From NCBI GenBank assembly GCA_964016885.1, contig OZ024744.1:128216001-128280000 (forward strand): a DNA stretch of 64,000 nt, given 5' to 3'. A program made the position numbers and the translations under genes. Shown here in pieces: positions 1-12,040 of the stretch; position 1 is the stretch's first letter; every line of letters starts with the position of its first letter. This DNA is from Eledone cirrhosa. Its lineage: Eukaryota. The notes under the pieces are model-generated. The model saw only the letters and a program-made list of their open reading frames with translations, had not been told where the DNA came from and ran no database searches.

Positions 1-279
1 AGTTGGGGTTAAGTTAAGTTGGGGTTAAATTAAGTTGGGGTTAAGTTAAGTTGGGGTTAAGTTAAGTTGGGGTTAAATTAAGTTGGGGTTCAGTTAAGTT
101 GGGGTTAAATTAAGTTGGGGTTAAGTTAAGTTGGGGTTAGTTAAGTTGGGGTTAAGTTAAGTTGGCGTTAAGTTAAGTTGGGGTTAAGTTAAGTTGGCGT
201 TAATTTAAGTTGGGGTTAAGTTAAGTTGGGGTTAAGTTAAGTTGGGGTTAAGTTAAGTTGGGGTTAATTTAAGTTGGGG

Positions 280-3200
280 TTAAGTTAAGTTGGGGTTAAG
301 TTAAGTTGGAGTTAAGTCAAGTTGGTGTTAAGTCAAGTTGGGGTTAAGTCAAGTTGGGGTTAAGTCAAGTTGGGGTTAAGTTAAGTTGGGGTTAAGTTAA
401 GTTGGGGTTAAGTTAAGTTGGGGGTAAGTTAAGTTGGGTGTAAGTTAAGTTGGGGTAAGTTAAGTTGGGGTTCAGTTCAGTTGGGGTTAAGTTAAGTTGG
501 GGTTAAGTTAAGCTGGGGGTAAGTTAAGTTGGGGTTAAGTTAAGTTGGGGTTAAGTTAAGTTGGGGTTAAGTTAAGTTGGGGTTCAGTTAAGTTGGGGTT
601 AAGTTAATTTGGGGCTGAGTTAAGTTGGGGTTAAGTTAAGTTCGGGTTGAGTTAAGTTGGGGTTAAGTTAAGTTGGGGTTAAGTTAAGTTGGGGTTAAGT
701 TAAGTTGGGGTTAAGATAAGTTGGGGTTAAGTTAAGTTGGGGTTAATTTAAGTTGGGGTTGAGTTAATTTGGGTTTAAGTTAAGTTGGCCTTAACTTAAG
801 TTGGGGTTAAGTTAAGTTGGGGTTAAGTTAAGTTGGGGGTAAGTTAAGTTGGGGGCAAGTTAAGTTGGGGTTAATTTAAGTTGGGGTTAAGTTAAGTTGG
901 GGTTAAGTTAAGTTGGGGGTAACTTAAGTTGGGGTTAAGTTAAGTTGAGGGTAAGTTAAGTTGAGGTTAAGTTAAGTTGGGGTTAAGTTAAGTTGGGGGT
1001 AAGTTAAGTTGGGGGTAAGTTAAGTTGGGGTTACGTTAAGTTGGGGTTAAATTAAGTTGAGGTTAAGTTAATTTGGGGTTAAGTTAAGTTGGGGTTAATT
1101 TAAGTTGGGGGTAAGATAAGTTGGGGCTAAGTTAAGTTGGGGCTAAGTCAAGTTGGGGTTAAGTCAAGTTGGGGTTAAGTCAAGTTGAGGTTAACTTAAG
1201 TTGGGGTTAAGTTAAGTTGGGGTTAAGTTTAGTTGGGGTTAACGTAAGTTGGGGTTAAGTTAAGTTGGGGCTAAGTTAAGTTGGGGCTAAGTTAAGTTGG
1301 GGCTGAGTTAAGTTGGGGTTAAGTTGGGGTTGAGTTAAGTTGGGGTTAAGTTAAGTTGGGATTAAGTTAAGTTGGGGTTAAGTTAAGTTCGGGTTGAGTT
1401 AAGTTGGGGTTAAGTTAAGTTGGGGTTAATTTAAGTTGGGGTTAAGTTAAGTTGGGGTTAAGATAAGTTGGGGTTAAGTTAAGTTGGGGTTAAGTTAAGT
1501 TGGGGTTGAGTTAATTTGGGGTTAAGTTAAGTTGGGGTTAACTTAAGTTGGGGTTAAGTTAAGTTGGGGTTAACTTAAGTTGGGGGTAAGTTAAGTCGGG
1601 GTTAAGTTAAGTTGGGGTTAAGTTAAGTTGGGTTTAAGTTAAGTTGGGGCTAAGTTAAGTTGGGGCTAAGTTAAATTGGGGCTGAGTTAAGTTGGGGGTA
1701 AGTTAAGTTGGGTGTAAGTTAAGTTGGGGTTAAGTTAAGTTGGGGTTAAGTTAAGCTGGGGTTAAGTTAAGTTGGGGTTAAGTTAAGTTGGGGTTAAGTT
1801 AAGTTGGGGTTGAGTTAAGTTGGGGTTGAGTTAAGTTGGGGTTAATTTAAGTTGGGGTTAAGTTAAGTTGGGGTTAAGTTAAGTTGGGGTTAAGTTAAGT
1901 TGGGGGTAAGTTAAGTTGGGGTTAATGTAAGTTGGAGTTAAGTTAAGTTGGGGTTAAGTTAAGTTGGAGTTAAGTCAAGTTGGTGTTAAGTCAAGTTGGG
2001 GTTAAGTCAAGTTGGGGTTAAGTCAAGTTGGGGTTAAGTTAAGTTGGGGTTAAGTTAAGTTGGGGTTAAGTTAAGTTGGGGGTAAGTTAAGTTGGGTGTA
2101 AGTTAAGTTGGGGTAAGTTAAGTTGGGGTTCAGTTCAGTTGGGGTTAAGTTAAGTTGGGGTTAAGTTAAGCTGGGGGTAAGTTAAGTTGGGGTTAAGTTA
2201 AGTTGGGGTTAAGCTAAGTTGGGGTTAAGTTAAGTTGGGGTTCAGTTAAGTTGGGGTTAAGTTAATTTGGGGCTGAATTAAGTTGGGGTTAAGTTAAGTT
2301 CGGGTTGAGTTAAGTTGGGGTTAAGTTAAGTTGGGGTTAAGTTAAGTTGGGGTTAAGTTAAGTTGGGGTTAAGATAAGTTGGGGTTAAGTTAAGTTGGGG
2401 TTAATTTAAGTTGGGGTTGAGTTAATTTGGGTTTAAGTTAAGTTGGCCTTAACTTAAGTTGGGGTTAAGTTAAGTTGGGGTTAAGTTAAGTTGGGGGTAA
2501 GTTAAGTTGGGGGCAAGTTAAGTTGGGGTTAATTTAAGTTGGGGTTAAGTTAAGTTGGGGTTAAGTTAAGTTGGGGGTAACTTAAGTTGGGGTTAAGTTA
2601 AGTTGAGGGTAAGTTAAGTTGAGGTTAAGTTAAGTTGGGGTTAAGTTAAGTTGGGGGTAAGTTAAGTTGGGGGTAAGTTAAGTTGGGGTTAAGTTAAGTT
2701 GGGGTTAAATTAAGTTGAGGTTAAGTTAATTTGGGGTTAAGTTAAGTTGGGGTTAAGTTAAGTTGGGGGTAAGATAAGTTGGGGCTAAGTTAAGTTGGGG
2801 CTAAGTCAAGTTGGGGTTAAGTCAAGTTGGGGTTAAGTCAAGTTGAGGTTAACTTAAGTTGGGGTTAAGTTAAGTTGGGGTTAAGTTAAGTTGGGGTTAA
2901 CGTAAGTTGGGGTTAAGTTAAGTTGGGGCTAAGTTAAGTTGGGGCTAAGTTAAGTTGGGGCTGAGTTAAGTTGGGGTTAAGTTGGGGTTGAGTTAAGTTG
3001 GGGTTAAGTTAAGTTGGGATTAAGTTAAGTTGGGGTTAAGTTAAGTTCGGGTTGAGTTAAGTTGGGGTTAAGTTAAGTTGGGGTTAATTTAAGTTGGGGT
3101 TAAGTTAAGTTGGGGTTAAGATAAGTTGGGGTTAAGTTAAGTTGGGGTTAAGTTAAGTTGGGGTTGAGTTAATTTGGGGTTAAGTTAAGTTGGGGTTAAC

Positions 3201-3575
3201 TTAAGTTGGGGTTAAGTTAAGTGGGGTTAACTTAAGTTGGGGGTAAGTTAAGTCGGGGTTAAGTTAAGTTGGGGTTAAGTTAAGTTGGGTTTAAGTTAAG
3301 TTGGGGCTAAGTTAAGTTGGGGCTAAGTTAAATTGGGGCTGAGTTAAGTTGGGGGTAAGTTAAGTTGGGTGTAAGTTAAGTTGGGGTTAAGTTAAGTTGG
3401 GGTTAAGTTAAGCTGGGGTTAAGTTAAGTTGGGGTTAAGTTAAGTTGGGGTTAAGTTAAGTTGGGGTTGAGTTAAGTTGGGGTTGAGTTAAGTTGGGGTT
3501 AATTTAAGTTGGGGTTAAGTTAAGTTGGGGTTAAGTTAAGTTGGGGTTAAGTTAAGTTGGGGGTAAGTTAAGTTG
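280..3575 (+). repeat. Tandem higher-order duplication, period 1658 bp (2 copies)
   Basis: Markers recur at constant offset 1658: GGTG 324/1982, GGCC 787/2445, C of AACGTAAG 1243/2901. Offset becomes 1657 after a 1-nt deletion near 3221. A handful of single-base differences separate the copies (e.g. TTACG at 1031 only in copy 1). Confidence 0.93.
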
Positions 3576-6379
3576 GGGGCAAGTTAAGTTGGGGTTAAGT
3601 TAAGTTGGGGTTAAGTTAAGTTGGGGTTAAGTTAAGTTAGGGTTAATTTAAGTTGGGGTTATGTTAAGTTGGGGTTAAGTTAAGTTGGGGTTAAGTTAAG
3701 TTGGTGTTAAGTAAAGTTGGGGTTAAGTTAAGTTGTGGGTTAAGTTAAGTTGGGGTTAAGTTAAGTTGGTGTTAAGTAAAGTTGGGCTTAAGTTAAGTTG
3801 GGTTTGAGTTAAGTTGGGGCTAAGTTAAGTTAGGGCTAAGTTAAGTTGGGGTTAAGTTAAGTTGGGGCTAGGTTAAGTTGGGTCTAAGTTAAGTTGGGGT
3901 TAAGTTAAGTTGGGGTTAAGTTAAGTTGGGGTTAAATTAAGTTGGGGTTAAGTTAAGTTGGGGTTAAGCTAAGTTGGGGTTAAGTTAATTTGCGGTTAAG
4001 TTAGGTTGTGGGTTAAGTTAAGTTGGGGGTAAGTTAAGTTGGGGGTAAGTTAAGTTGGGGTTAATTTAAGTTGGGGTTAAGTTAAGTTGGGGTTAAGTTA
4101 AGTTGGGGTTAAGTCAAGTTGGGGTTAAGTCAAGTTGGGGTTAAGTCAAGTTGGGGTTAAGTTAAGTTGGGGTTAAGTTAAGTTGGGGGTAAGTTAAGTT
4201 GGGTGTAAGTTAAGTTGGGGTTAAGTTAAAATGTGGTTAAGTTCAGTTGGGGTTAAGTTAAGTTGGGGTTAAGTTAAGTTGGGGGTAAGTTAAGTTGGGG
4301 GCAAGTTAAGTTGGGGTTAAGTTAAGTTGGGGTTAAGTTAAGTTGGGGTTAAGTTAAGTTGGGGTCAAGTTAAGTTGGGGTTAAGTTAAGTTAGGATTAA
4401 TTTCAGTTGGGGTTATGTTAAGTTGGGGTTAAGTTAAGTTGGGGTTAATTTAAAGTTGGGGTTAAGTTAAGTTGGGGTAAAGTTAAGTTAGGGTTAAGTT
4501 AAGTTGGGGTTAAGTTAAGTTGGGGTTAAATTAAGTTGGGGTTAAGTTAAGTTGGGGTTAAGTTAAGTTGGGGTTAAATTAAGTTGGGGTTCAGTTAAGT
4601 TGGGTTTAAATTAAGTTGGGGTTAAGTTAAGTTGGGGTTAGTTAAGTTGGGGTTAAGTTAAGTTGGGGTTAAGTTAAGTTGGGGTTAAGTTAAGTTGGGG
4701 TTAAGTTAAGTTGGGGTTAAGTTAAGTTGGGGTTAATTTAAGTTGGGGTTAAGTTAAGTTGGGGTTAAGTTAAGTTGGAGTTAAGTCAAGTTGGGGTTAA
4801 GTCAAGTTGCGGTTAAGTCAAGTTGGGGTTAAGTCAAGTAGGGGTTAAGTTAAGTTGGGGTTAAGTTAAGTTGGGGTTAAGTTAAGTTGGGGGTAAGTTA
4901 AGTTGGGTGTAAGTTAAGTTGGGGTTAAGTTAAGTTGGGGTTCAGTTCAGTTGGGGTTAAGTTAAGTTGGGGTTGAGTTAAGCTGGGGGTAAGATAAGTT
5001 GGGGTTAAGTTAAGTTGGGGTTAAGTTAAGTTGGGGTTAAGTTAAGTTGGGGTTAAGTTAAGTTGGAGTTAAGTTAAGTTGGAGTTAAGTTAAGTTGGGG
5101 TTAAGCTAAGTTGGGGTTAAGCTAAGTTGGGGTTAAGTTAATTTGGGGCTGAGTTAAGTTGGGGTTAAGTTAAGTTGGCGTTAAGTTAAGTTGGGGTTAA
5201 GTTAAGTTGGGGTTAAGATAAGTTGGGGTTAAGTTAAGTTGGGGTTAATTTAAGTTGGGGTTGAGTTAATTTGGGTTTAAGTTAAGTTGGGCTTAACTTT
5301 AGTTGGGGTTAAGTTGGGGTTAAGTTAAGTTGGGGTTAAGTTAAGTTGGGGGTAAGTTAAGTAGGGGGCAAGTTAAGTTGGGGTTAATTTAAGTTGGGGT
5401 TAAGTTAAGTTGGGGTTATGTTAAGTCGGGGTTAAGTTAAGTTGGGGGTAACTTAAGTTGGGGTTAAGTTAATTTGGGGGTAAGTGAAGTTGGGGTTAAG
5501 TTAAGTTGGGGGTAAGTTAAGTTGAGGGTAAGTTAAGTTGGGGTTAAGTTAAGTTGGGGTTAAATTAAGTTGAGATTAAGTTAAGTTGGGGTTAAGTTAA
5601 GTTGGGGCTAAGTCAAGTTGGGGTTAATTCAAGTTGAGGTTAACTTAAGTTGGGGTTAAGTTAAGTTGGGGTTAAGTTAAGTTGGGGGTAAGGTAAGTTG
5701 GGGTTATGTTAAGTTGGGGCTAAGTTAAGTTGGGGCTAAGTTAAGTTGGGGCTGAGTTAAGTTGGGGTTAAGTTAAGTTGGGGTTGAGTTAAGTTGGGGT
5801 TAAGTTAAGTTGGGGTTAAGTTAAGTTGGGGGTAAGATAAGTTGGGGGTAAGATAAGTTGGGGCTAAGTTAACTTGGGGCTAAGTCAAGTTGGGGTTAAT
5901 TCAAGTTGAGGTTAACTTAAGTTGGGGTTAAGTTAAGTTGGGGTTAAGTTAAGTTGGGGGTAAGGTAAGTTGGGGTTATGTTAAGTTGGGGCTAAGTTAA
6001 GTTGGGGCTAAGTTAAGTTGGGGCTGAGTTAAGTTGGGGTTAAGTTAAGTTGGGGTTGAGTTAAGTTGGGGTTAAGTTAAGTTGGGATTAAGTTAAGTTG
6101 GGGTTAAGTTAAGTTCGGCTTGAGTTAAGTTGGGGTTAAGTTAAGTTGGGGTTAATTTAAGTTGGGGTTAAGTTAAGTTGGGGTTAAGATAAGTTGGGGT
6201 TAAGTTAAGTTGGGGTTAAGTTAAGTTGGGGTTGAGTTAATTTGGTGTTAAGTTAAGTTGGGGTTAAGTTAAGTTGGGGTTAAGTTAAGTTGGGGGTAGG
6301 TTAAGTTGGGGTTAATTTAAGTTGAGGTTAAGTTAAGTTGGGGTTAAGGTAAGTTGGGGTTAAGTTAATTTGCGGTTAA

Positions 6380-9300
6380 GTTAGGTTGTGGGTTAAGTTA
6401 AGTTGGGGTTAAGTTAAGCTGGGGTTAAGTTGGGGTAAGTTAAGTTGGGGGTAAGTTAAGTTGGGGTTAAGTTAAGTTGGGGTTAAGTTAAGTTGGGGTT
6501 AAGTTAAGTTGGGGTTAAGTTAAGTTGGGGTTGAGTTAAGTTGGGGTTGAGTTAAGTTGGGGTTAAGTTAAGTTGGGGTTAAGTTAAGTTGGGGTTAAGT
6601 TAAGTTGGGGTTAAGTTAAGCTGGGGTTAAGTTGGGGTAAGTTAAGTTGGGGGTGAGTTAAGTTGGGGTTAAGTTAAGTTGGGGTTAAGTTAAGTTGGGG
6701 TTAAGTTAAGTTGGGGTTGAGTTAAGTTGGGGTTGAGTTAAGTTGGGGTTAAGTTAAGTTGGGGTTAAGTTAAGTTGGGGTTAAGTTAAGTTGGGGTTAA
6801 GTTAAGTTGGGGGTAAGTTAAGTTGGGGGCAAGTTAAGTTGGAGTTAAGTTAAGTTGGGGTTAAGTTAAGTTGGGGTTAAGTTAAGTTGGGGTTAAGTTA
6901 AGTTGGGGTTAAGTTAAGTTGGGGTTAAGTTAAGTTAGGGTTAATTTCAGTTGGGGTTATGTTAAGTTGGGGTTAAGTTAAGTTGGGGTTAAGTTAAAGT
7001 TGGGGTTAAGTTAAGTTGGGGTAAAGTTAAGTTGGGGTTAAGTTAAGTTGGGGTTAAATTAAGTTGGGGTTCAGTTAAGTTGGGGTTAAATTAAGTTGGG
7101 GTTAAGTTAAGTTGGGGTTAGTTAAGTTGGGGTTAAGTTAAGTTGGGGTTAAGTTAAGTTGGGGTTAAGTTAAGTTGGCGTTAAGTTAAGTTGGGGTTAA
7201 GTTAAGTTGGGGTTAAATTAAGTTGGGGTTAAGTTAAGTTGGGGTTAATTTAAGTTGGGGTTAAGTTAAGTTGGGGTTAATTTAAGTTGGAGTTAAGTCA
7301 AGTTGGGGTTAAGTCAAGTTGGGGTTAAGTCAAGTTGGGGTTAAGTCAAGTTGGGGTTAAGTTAAGTTGGGATTAAGTTAAGTTGGGGTTAAGTTAAGTT
7401 CGGGTTGAGTTAAGTTGGGGTTAAGTTAAGTTGGGGTTAATTTAAGTTGGGGTTAAGTTAAGTTGGGGTTAAGATAAGTTGGGGTTAAGTTAAGTTGGGG
7501 TTAAGTTAAGTTGGGGTTGAGTTAATTTGGGGTTAAGTTAAGTTAGGGTTAACTTAAGTTGGGGTTAAGTTAAGTTGGGGTTAAGTTAAGTTGGGGGTAA
7601 GTTAAGTTGGGGGCAAGTTGAGTTGGGGTTAAGTTAAGTTGGGGTTAAGTTAAGTTGGGGCTAAGTTAAGTTGGGGCTAAGTTAAGTTGGGGCTGAGTTA
7701 AGTTGGGGTTAAGTTAAGTTGGGGTTGAGTTAAGTTGGGGTTAACTTAAGTTGGGGTTAAGTTGGGGTTAAGTTAAGTTGGGGTTAAATTAAGTTGGGGG
7801 TTAGTTAAGTTGGGGCAAGTTAAGTTGGGGTTAATTTAAGTTGGGGTTAAGTTAAGTTGGGGTTATGTTAAGTTGGGGTTAAGTTAAGTTGGGGTTAAGT
7901 TAAGTTGGGGTTAAGTTGGGGTTAAGTTAAGTTGGGGGTAAGTTAAGTTGAGGGTAAGTTAAGTTGGGGTGAAGTTAAGTTGGGGTTAAATTAAGTTGGG
8001 GGTAAGTTAAGTTGGGGGTAAGTTAAGTTGGGGTTAAGTTAAGTTGGGGTTAAATTAAGTTGAGGTTAAGTTAAGTTGGGGTTAAGTTAAGTTGGGGTTA
8101 AGTTAAGTTGGGGCTAAGTCAAGTTGGGGTTAAGTCAAGTTGAGGTTAACTTAAGTTGGGGCTAAGTTAAGTTGGGGTTAAGTTAAGTTGGGGTTAAGTT
8201 AAGTTGGGGTTAAGGTAAGTTGGGGTTATGTTAAGTTGGGGCTAAGTTAAGTTGGGGCTAAATCAAGTTGGGGTTAAGTCAAGTTGAGGTTAACTTAAGT
8301 TGGGGCTAAGTTAAGTTGGGGTTAAGTTAAGTTGGGGTTAAGTTAAGTTGGGGTTACGGTAAGTTGGGGTTATGTTAAGTTGGGGCTAAGTTAAGTTGGG
8401 GCTAAGTTAAGTTGGGGCTGAGTTAAGTTGGGGTTAAGTTAAGTTGGGGTTGAGTTAAGTTGGGGTTAAGTTAAGTTGGGATTAAGTTAAGTTGGGGTTA
8501 AGTTAAGTTGGGGTTAAGATAAGTTGGGGTTAAGTTAAGTTGGGGTTAAGTTAAGTTGGGGTTGAGTTAATTTGGGGTTAAGTTAAGTTGGGGTTAACTT
8601 AAGTTGGGTTTAAGTTGGGGTTAAGTTAAGTTGGGGGTAGGTTAAGTTGGGGGCAAGTTAAGTTGGGGTTAAGTTAAGTTGGGGTTAAGTTAAGTTGGGT
8701 TTAAGTTAAGTTGGGGCTAAGTTAAGTTGGGGCTAAGTTAAGTTGGGGCTGAGTTAAGTTGGGTGTAAGTTAAGTTGGGGTTCAGTTCAGTTGGGGTTAA
8801 GTTAAGTTGGGGTTAAGTTAAGTTGGGGTTAAGTTAAGTTGGGGTTAAGTTAAGTTGGGGTTAAGTTAAGTTGGGGTTGAGTTAAGTTGGGGTTGAGTTA
8901 AGTTGGGGTTAAGTTAAGTTGGGGTTAAGTTAAGTTGGGGTTAAGTTAAGTTGGGGGTAAGTTAAGTTGGGGGTAAGTTAAGTTGGGGGCAAGTTAAGTT
9001 GGGGTTAAGTTAAGTTGGGGTTAAGTTAAGTTGGGGTTAAGTTAAGTTAGGGTTAATATCAGTTGGGGTTAAGTTAAGTTGGGGTTAAGTTAAGTTAGGG
9101 TTAATTTAAGTTGGGGTTATGTTAAGTTGGGGTTAAGTTAAGTTGGGGTTAAGTTAAGTTGGTGTTAAGTAAAGTTGGGGTTAAGTTAAGTTGTGGGTTA
9201 AGTTAAGTTGGGGTTAAGTTAAGTTGGGGCTAGGTTAAGTTGGGTCTAATTTAAGTTGGGGTTAAGTTAAGTTGGGGTTAAGTTAAGTTGGGGTTAAATT

Positions 9301-12040
9301 AAGTTGGGGTTAAGTTAAGTTGGGCTTAAGCTAAGTTGGAGTTAAGTTAGGTTGTGGGTTAAGTTAAGTTGGGGTTAAGTTAAGCTGGGGTTAAGTTGGG
9401 GTAAGTTAAGTTGGGGGTAAGTTAAGTTGGGGTTAAGTTAAGTTGGGGTTAAGTTAAGTTGGGGTTAAGTTAAGTTGGGGTTAAGTTAAGTTGGAGTTGA
9501 GTTAAGTTGGGGTTGAGTTAAGTTGGGGTTAAGTTAAGTTGGGGTTAAGTTAAGTTGGGGTTAAGTTAAGTTGGGGTTAAGTTAAGCTGGGGTTAAGTTG
9601 GGGTAAGTTAAGTTGGGGTTAAGTTAAGTTGGGGTTAAGTTAAGTTGGGGTTAAGTTAAGTTGGGGTTAAGTTAAGTTGGGGTTGAGTTAAGTTGGGGTT
9701 GAGTTAAGTTGGGGTTAAGTTAAGTTGGGGTTAAGTTAAGTTGGGGTTAAGTTAAGTTGGGGTTAAGTTAAGTTGGGGGTAAGTTAAGATGGGGGCAAGT
9801 TAAGTTGGGGTTAAGTTAAGTTGGGGTTAAGTTAAGTTGGGGTTAAGTTAAGTTGGGGTTAAGTTAAGTTGGGGTTAAGTTAAGTTAGGGTTAATTTCAG
9901 TTGGGGTTATGTTAAGTTGGGGTTAAGTTAAGTTGGGGTTAAGTTAAAGTTGGGGTTAAGTTAAGTTGGTGTAAAGTTAAGTTGGGGTTAAGTTAAGTTG
10001 GGGTTAAATTAAGTTGGGGTTCAGTTAAGTTGGGGTTAAATTAAGTTGGGGTTAAGTTAAGTTGGGGTTAGTTAAGTTGGGGTTAAGTTAAGTTGGGGTT
10101 AAGTTAAGTTGGGGTTAAGTTAAGTTGGGGTTAAGTTAAGTTGGCGTTAAGTTAAGTTGGGGTTAAGTTAAGTTGGGGTTAAATTAAGTTGGGGTTAAGT
10201 TAAGTTGGGGTTAATTTAAGTTGGGGTTAAGTTAAGTTGGGGTTAATTTAAGTTGGAGTTAAGTCAAGTTGGGGTTAAGTCAAGTTGGGGTTAAGTCAAG
10301 TTGGGGTTAAGTCAAGTTGGGGTTAAGTTAAGTTGGGATTAAGTTAAGTTGGGGTTAAGTTAAGTTCGGGTTGAGTTAAGTTGGGGTTAAGTTAAGTTGG
10401 GGTTAATTTAAGTTGGGGTTAAGTTAAGTTGGGGTTAAGATAAGTTGGAGTTAAGTTAAGTTGGGGTTAAGTTAAGTTGGGGTTGAGTTAATTTGGGGTT
10501 AAGTTAAGTTGGGGTTAACTTAAGTTGGGGTTAAGTTAAGTTGGGGTTAAGTTAAGTTGGGGGTAAGTTAAGTTGGGGGCAAGTTGAGTTGGGGTTAAGT
10601 TAAGTTGGGGTTAAGTTAAGTTGGGGCTAAGTTAAGTTGGGGCTAAGTTAAGTTGGGACTGAGTTAAGTTGGGGTTAAGTTAAGTTGGGGTTGAGTTAAG
10701 TTGGGGTTAACTTAAGTTGGGGTTAAATTGGGGTTAAGTTAAGTTGGGGTTAAATTAAGTTGGGGGTTAGTTAAGTTGGGGCAAGTTAAGTTGGGGTTAA
10801 TTTAAGTTGGGGTTAAGTTAAGTTGGGGTTATGTTAAGTTGGGGTTAAGTTAAGTTGGGGCTAAGTCAAGTTGGGGTTAAGTCAAGTTGAGGTTAACTTA
10901 AGTTGGGGCTAAGTTAAGTTGGGGTTAAGTTAAGTTGGGGTTAAGTTAAGTCGGGGTTAAGGTAAGTTGGGGTTATGTTAAGTTGGGGCTAAGTTAAGTT
11001 GGGGCTAAGTTAAGTTGGGGCTGAGTTAAGTTGGGGTTAAGTTAAGTTGGGGTTGAGTTAAGTTGGGGTTAAGTTAAGTTGGGATTAAGTTAAGTTGGGG
11101 TTAAGTTAAGTTGGGGTTAAGATAAGTTGGGGTTAAGTTAAGTTGGGGTTAAGTTAAGTTGGGGTTGAGTTAATTTGGGGTTCAGTTAAGTTGGGGTTAA
11201 CTTAAGTTGGGGTTAAGTTGGGGTTAAGTTAAGTTGGGGGTAGGTTAAGTTGGGGGCAAGTTAAGTTGGGGTTAAGTTAAGTTGGGGTTAAGTTAAGTTG
11301 GGTTTAAGTTAAGTTGGGGCTAAGTTAAGTTGGGGCTAAGTTAAGTTGGGGCTGAGTTAAGTTGGGGGTAAGTTAAGTTGGGTGTAAGTTAAGTTGGGGT
11401 TAAGTTAAGTTGGGGTTAAGTTAAGTTGGGGTTAAGTTAAGTTGGGGTTGAGTTAAGTTGGGGTTGATTTAAGTTGGGGTTAAGTTAAGTTGGGGTTAAG
11501 TTAAGTTGGGGTTAAGTTAAGTTGGGGTTAATTTAAGTTGGGGGTAAGTTAAGTTGGGGGTAAGTTAAGTTGGGGGCAAGTTAAGTTGGGGTTAAGTTAA
11601 GTTGGGGTTAAGTTAAGTTGGGGTTAAGTTAAGTTAGGGTTAATTTCAGTTGGGGTTAAGTTAAGTTGGGGTTAAGTTAAGTTAGGGTTAATTTAAGTTG
11701 GGGTTATGTTAAGTTGGGGTTAAGTTAAGTTGGGGTTAAATTAAGTTGGTGTTAAGTAAAGTTGGGGTTAAGTTAAGTTGTGGGTTAAGTTAAGTTGGGG
11801 TTAAGTTAAGTTGGGGTTAAGTTAAGTTGGTGTTAAGTAAAGTTGGGCTTAAGTTAAGTTGGGTTTGAGTTAAGTTGGGGCTAAGTTAAGTTAGGGCTAA
11901 GTTAAGTTGGGGTTAAGTTAAGTTGGGGCTAGGTTAAGTTGGGTCTAATTTAAGTTGGGGTTAAGTTAAGTTGGGGTTAAGTTAAGTTGGGGTTAAATTA
12001 AGTTGGGGTTAAGTTAAGTTGGGCTTAAGCTAAGTTGGGG
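6380..12040 (+). repeat. Tandem higher-order duplication, period 2966 bp; second copy about 0.3-0.4 kb shorter after ~10850
   Basis: Offset 2966 for TTAGGTTGTG 6381/9347, C of AAGCTGGGG 6419/9385 and 6621/9587, C of GGGCAAGTTGAG 7614/10580, GGGGGTTAG 7796/10762. Downstream markers (GGGGGTAGG) shift to an offset of ~2600. Confidence 0.85.

Noticed and set aside
793-802. Palindrome AACTTAAGTT (and GTTAAC) as operator or terminator
   Set aside because: It arises automatically from one G>C change in a TTAA-rich monomer; there is no gene context or stem-loop with U-tract.
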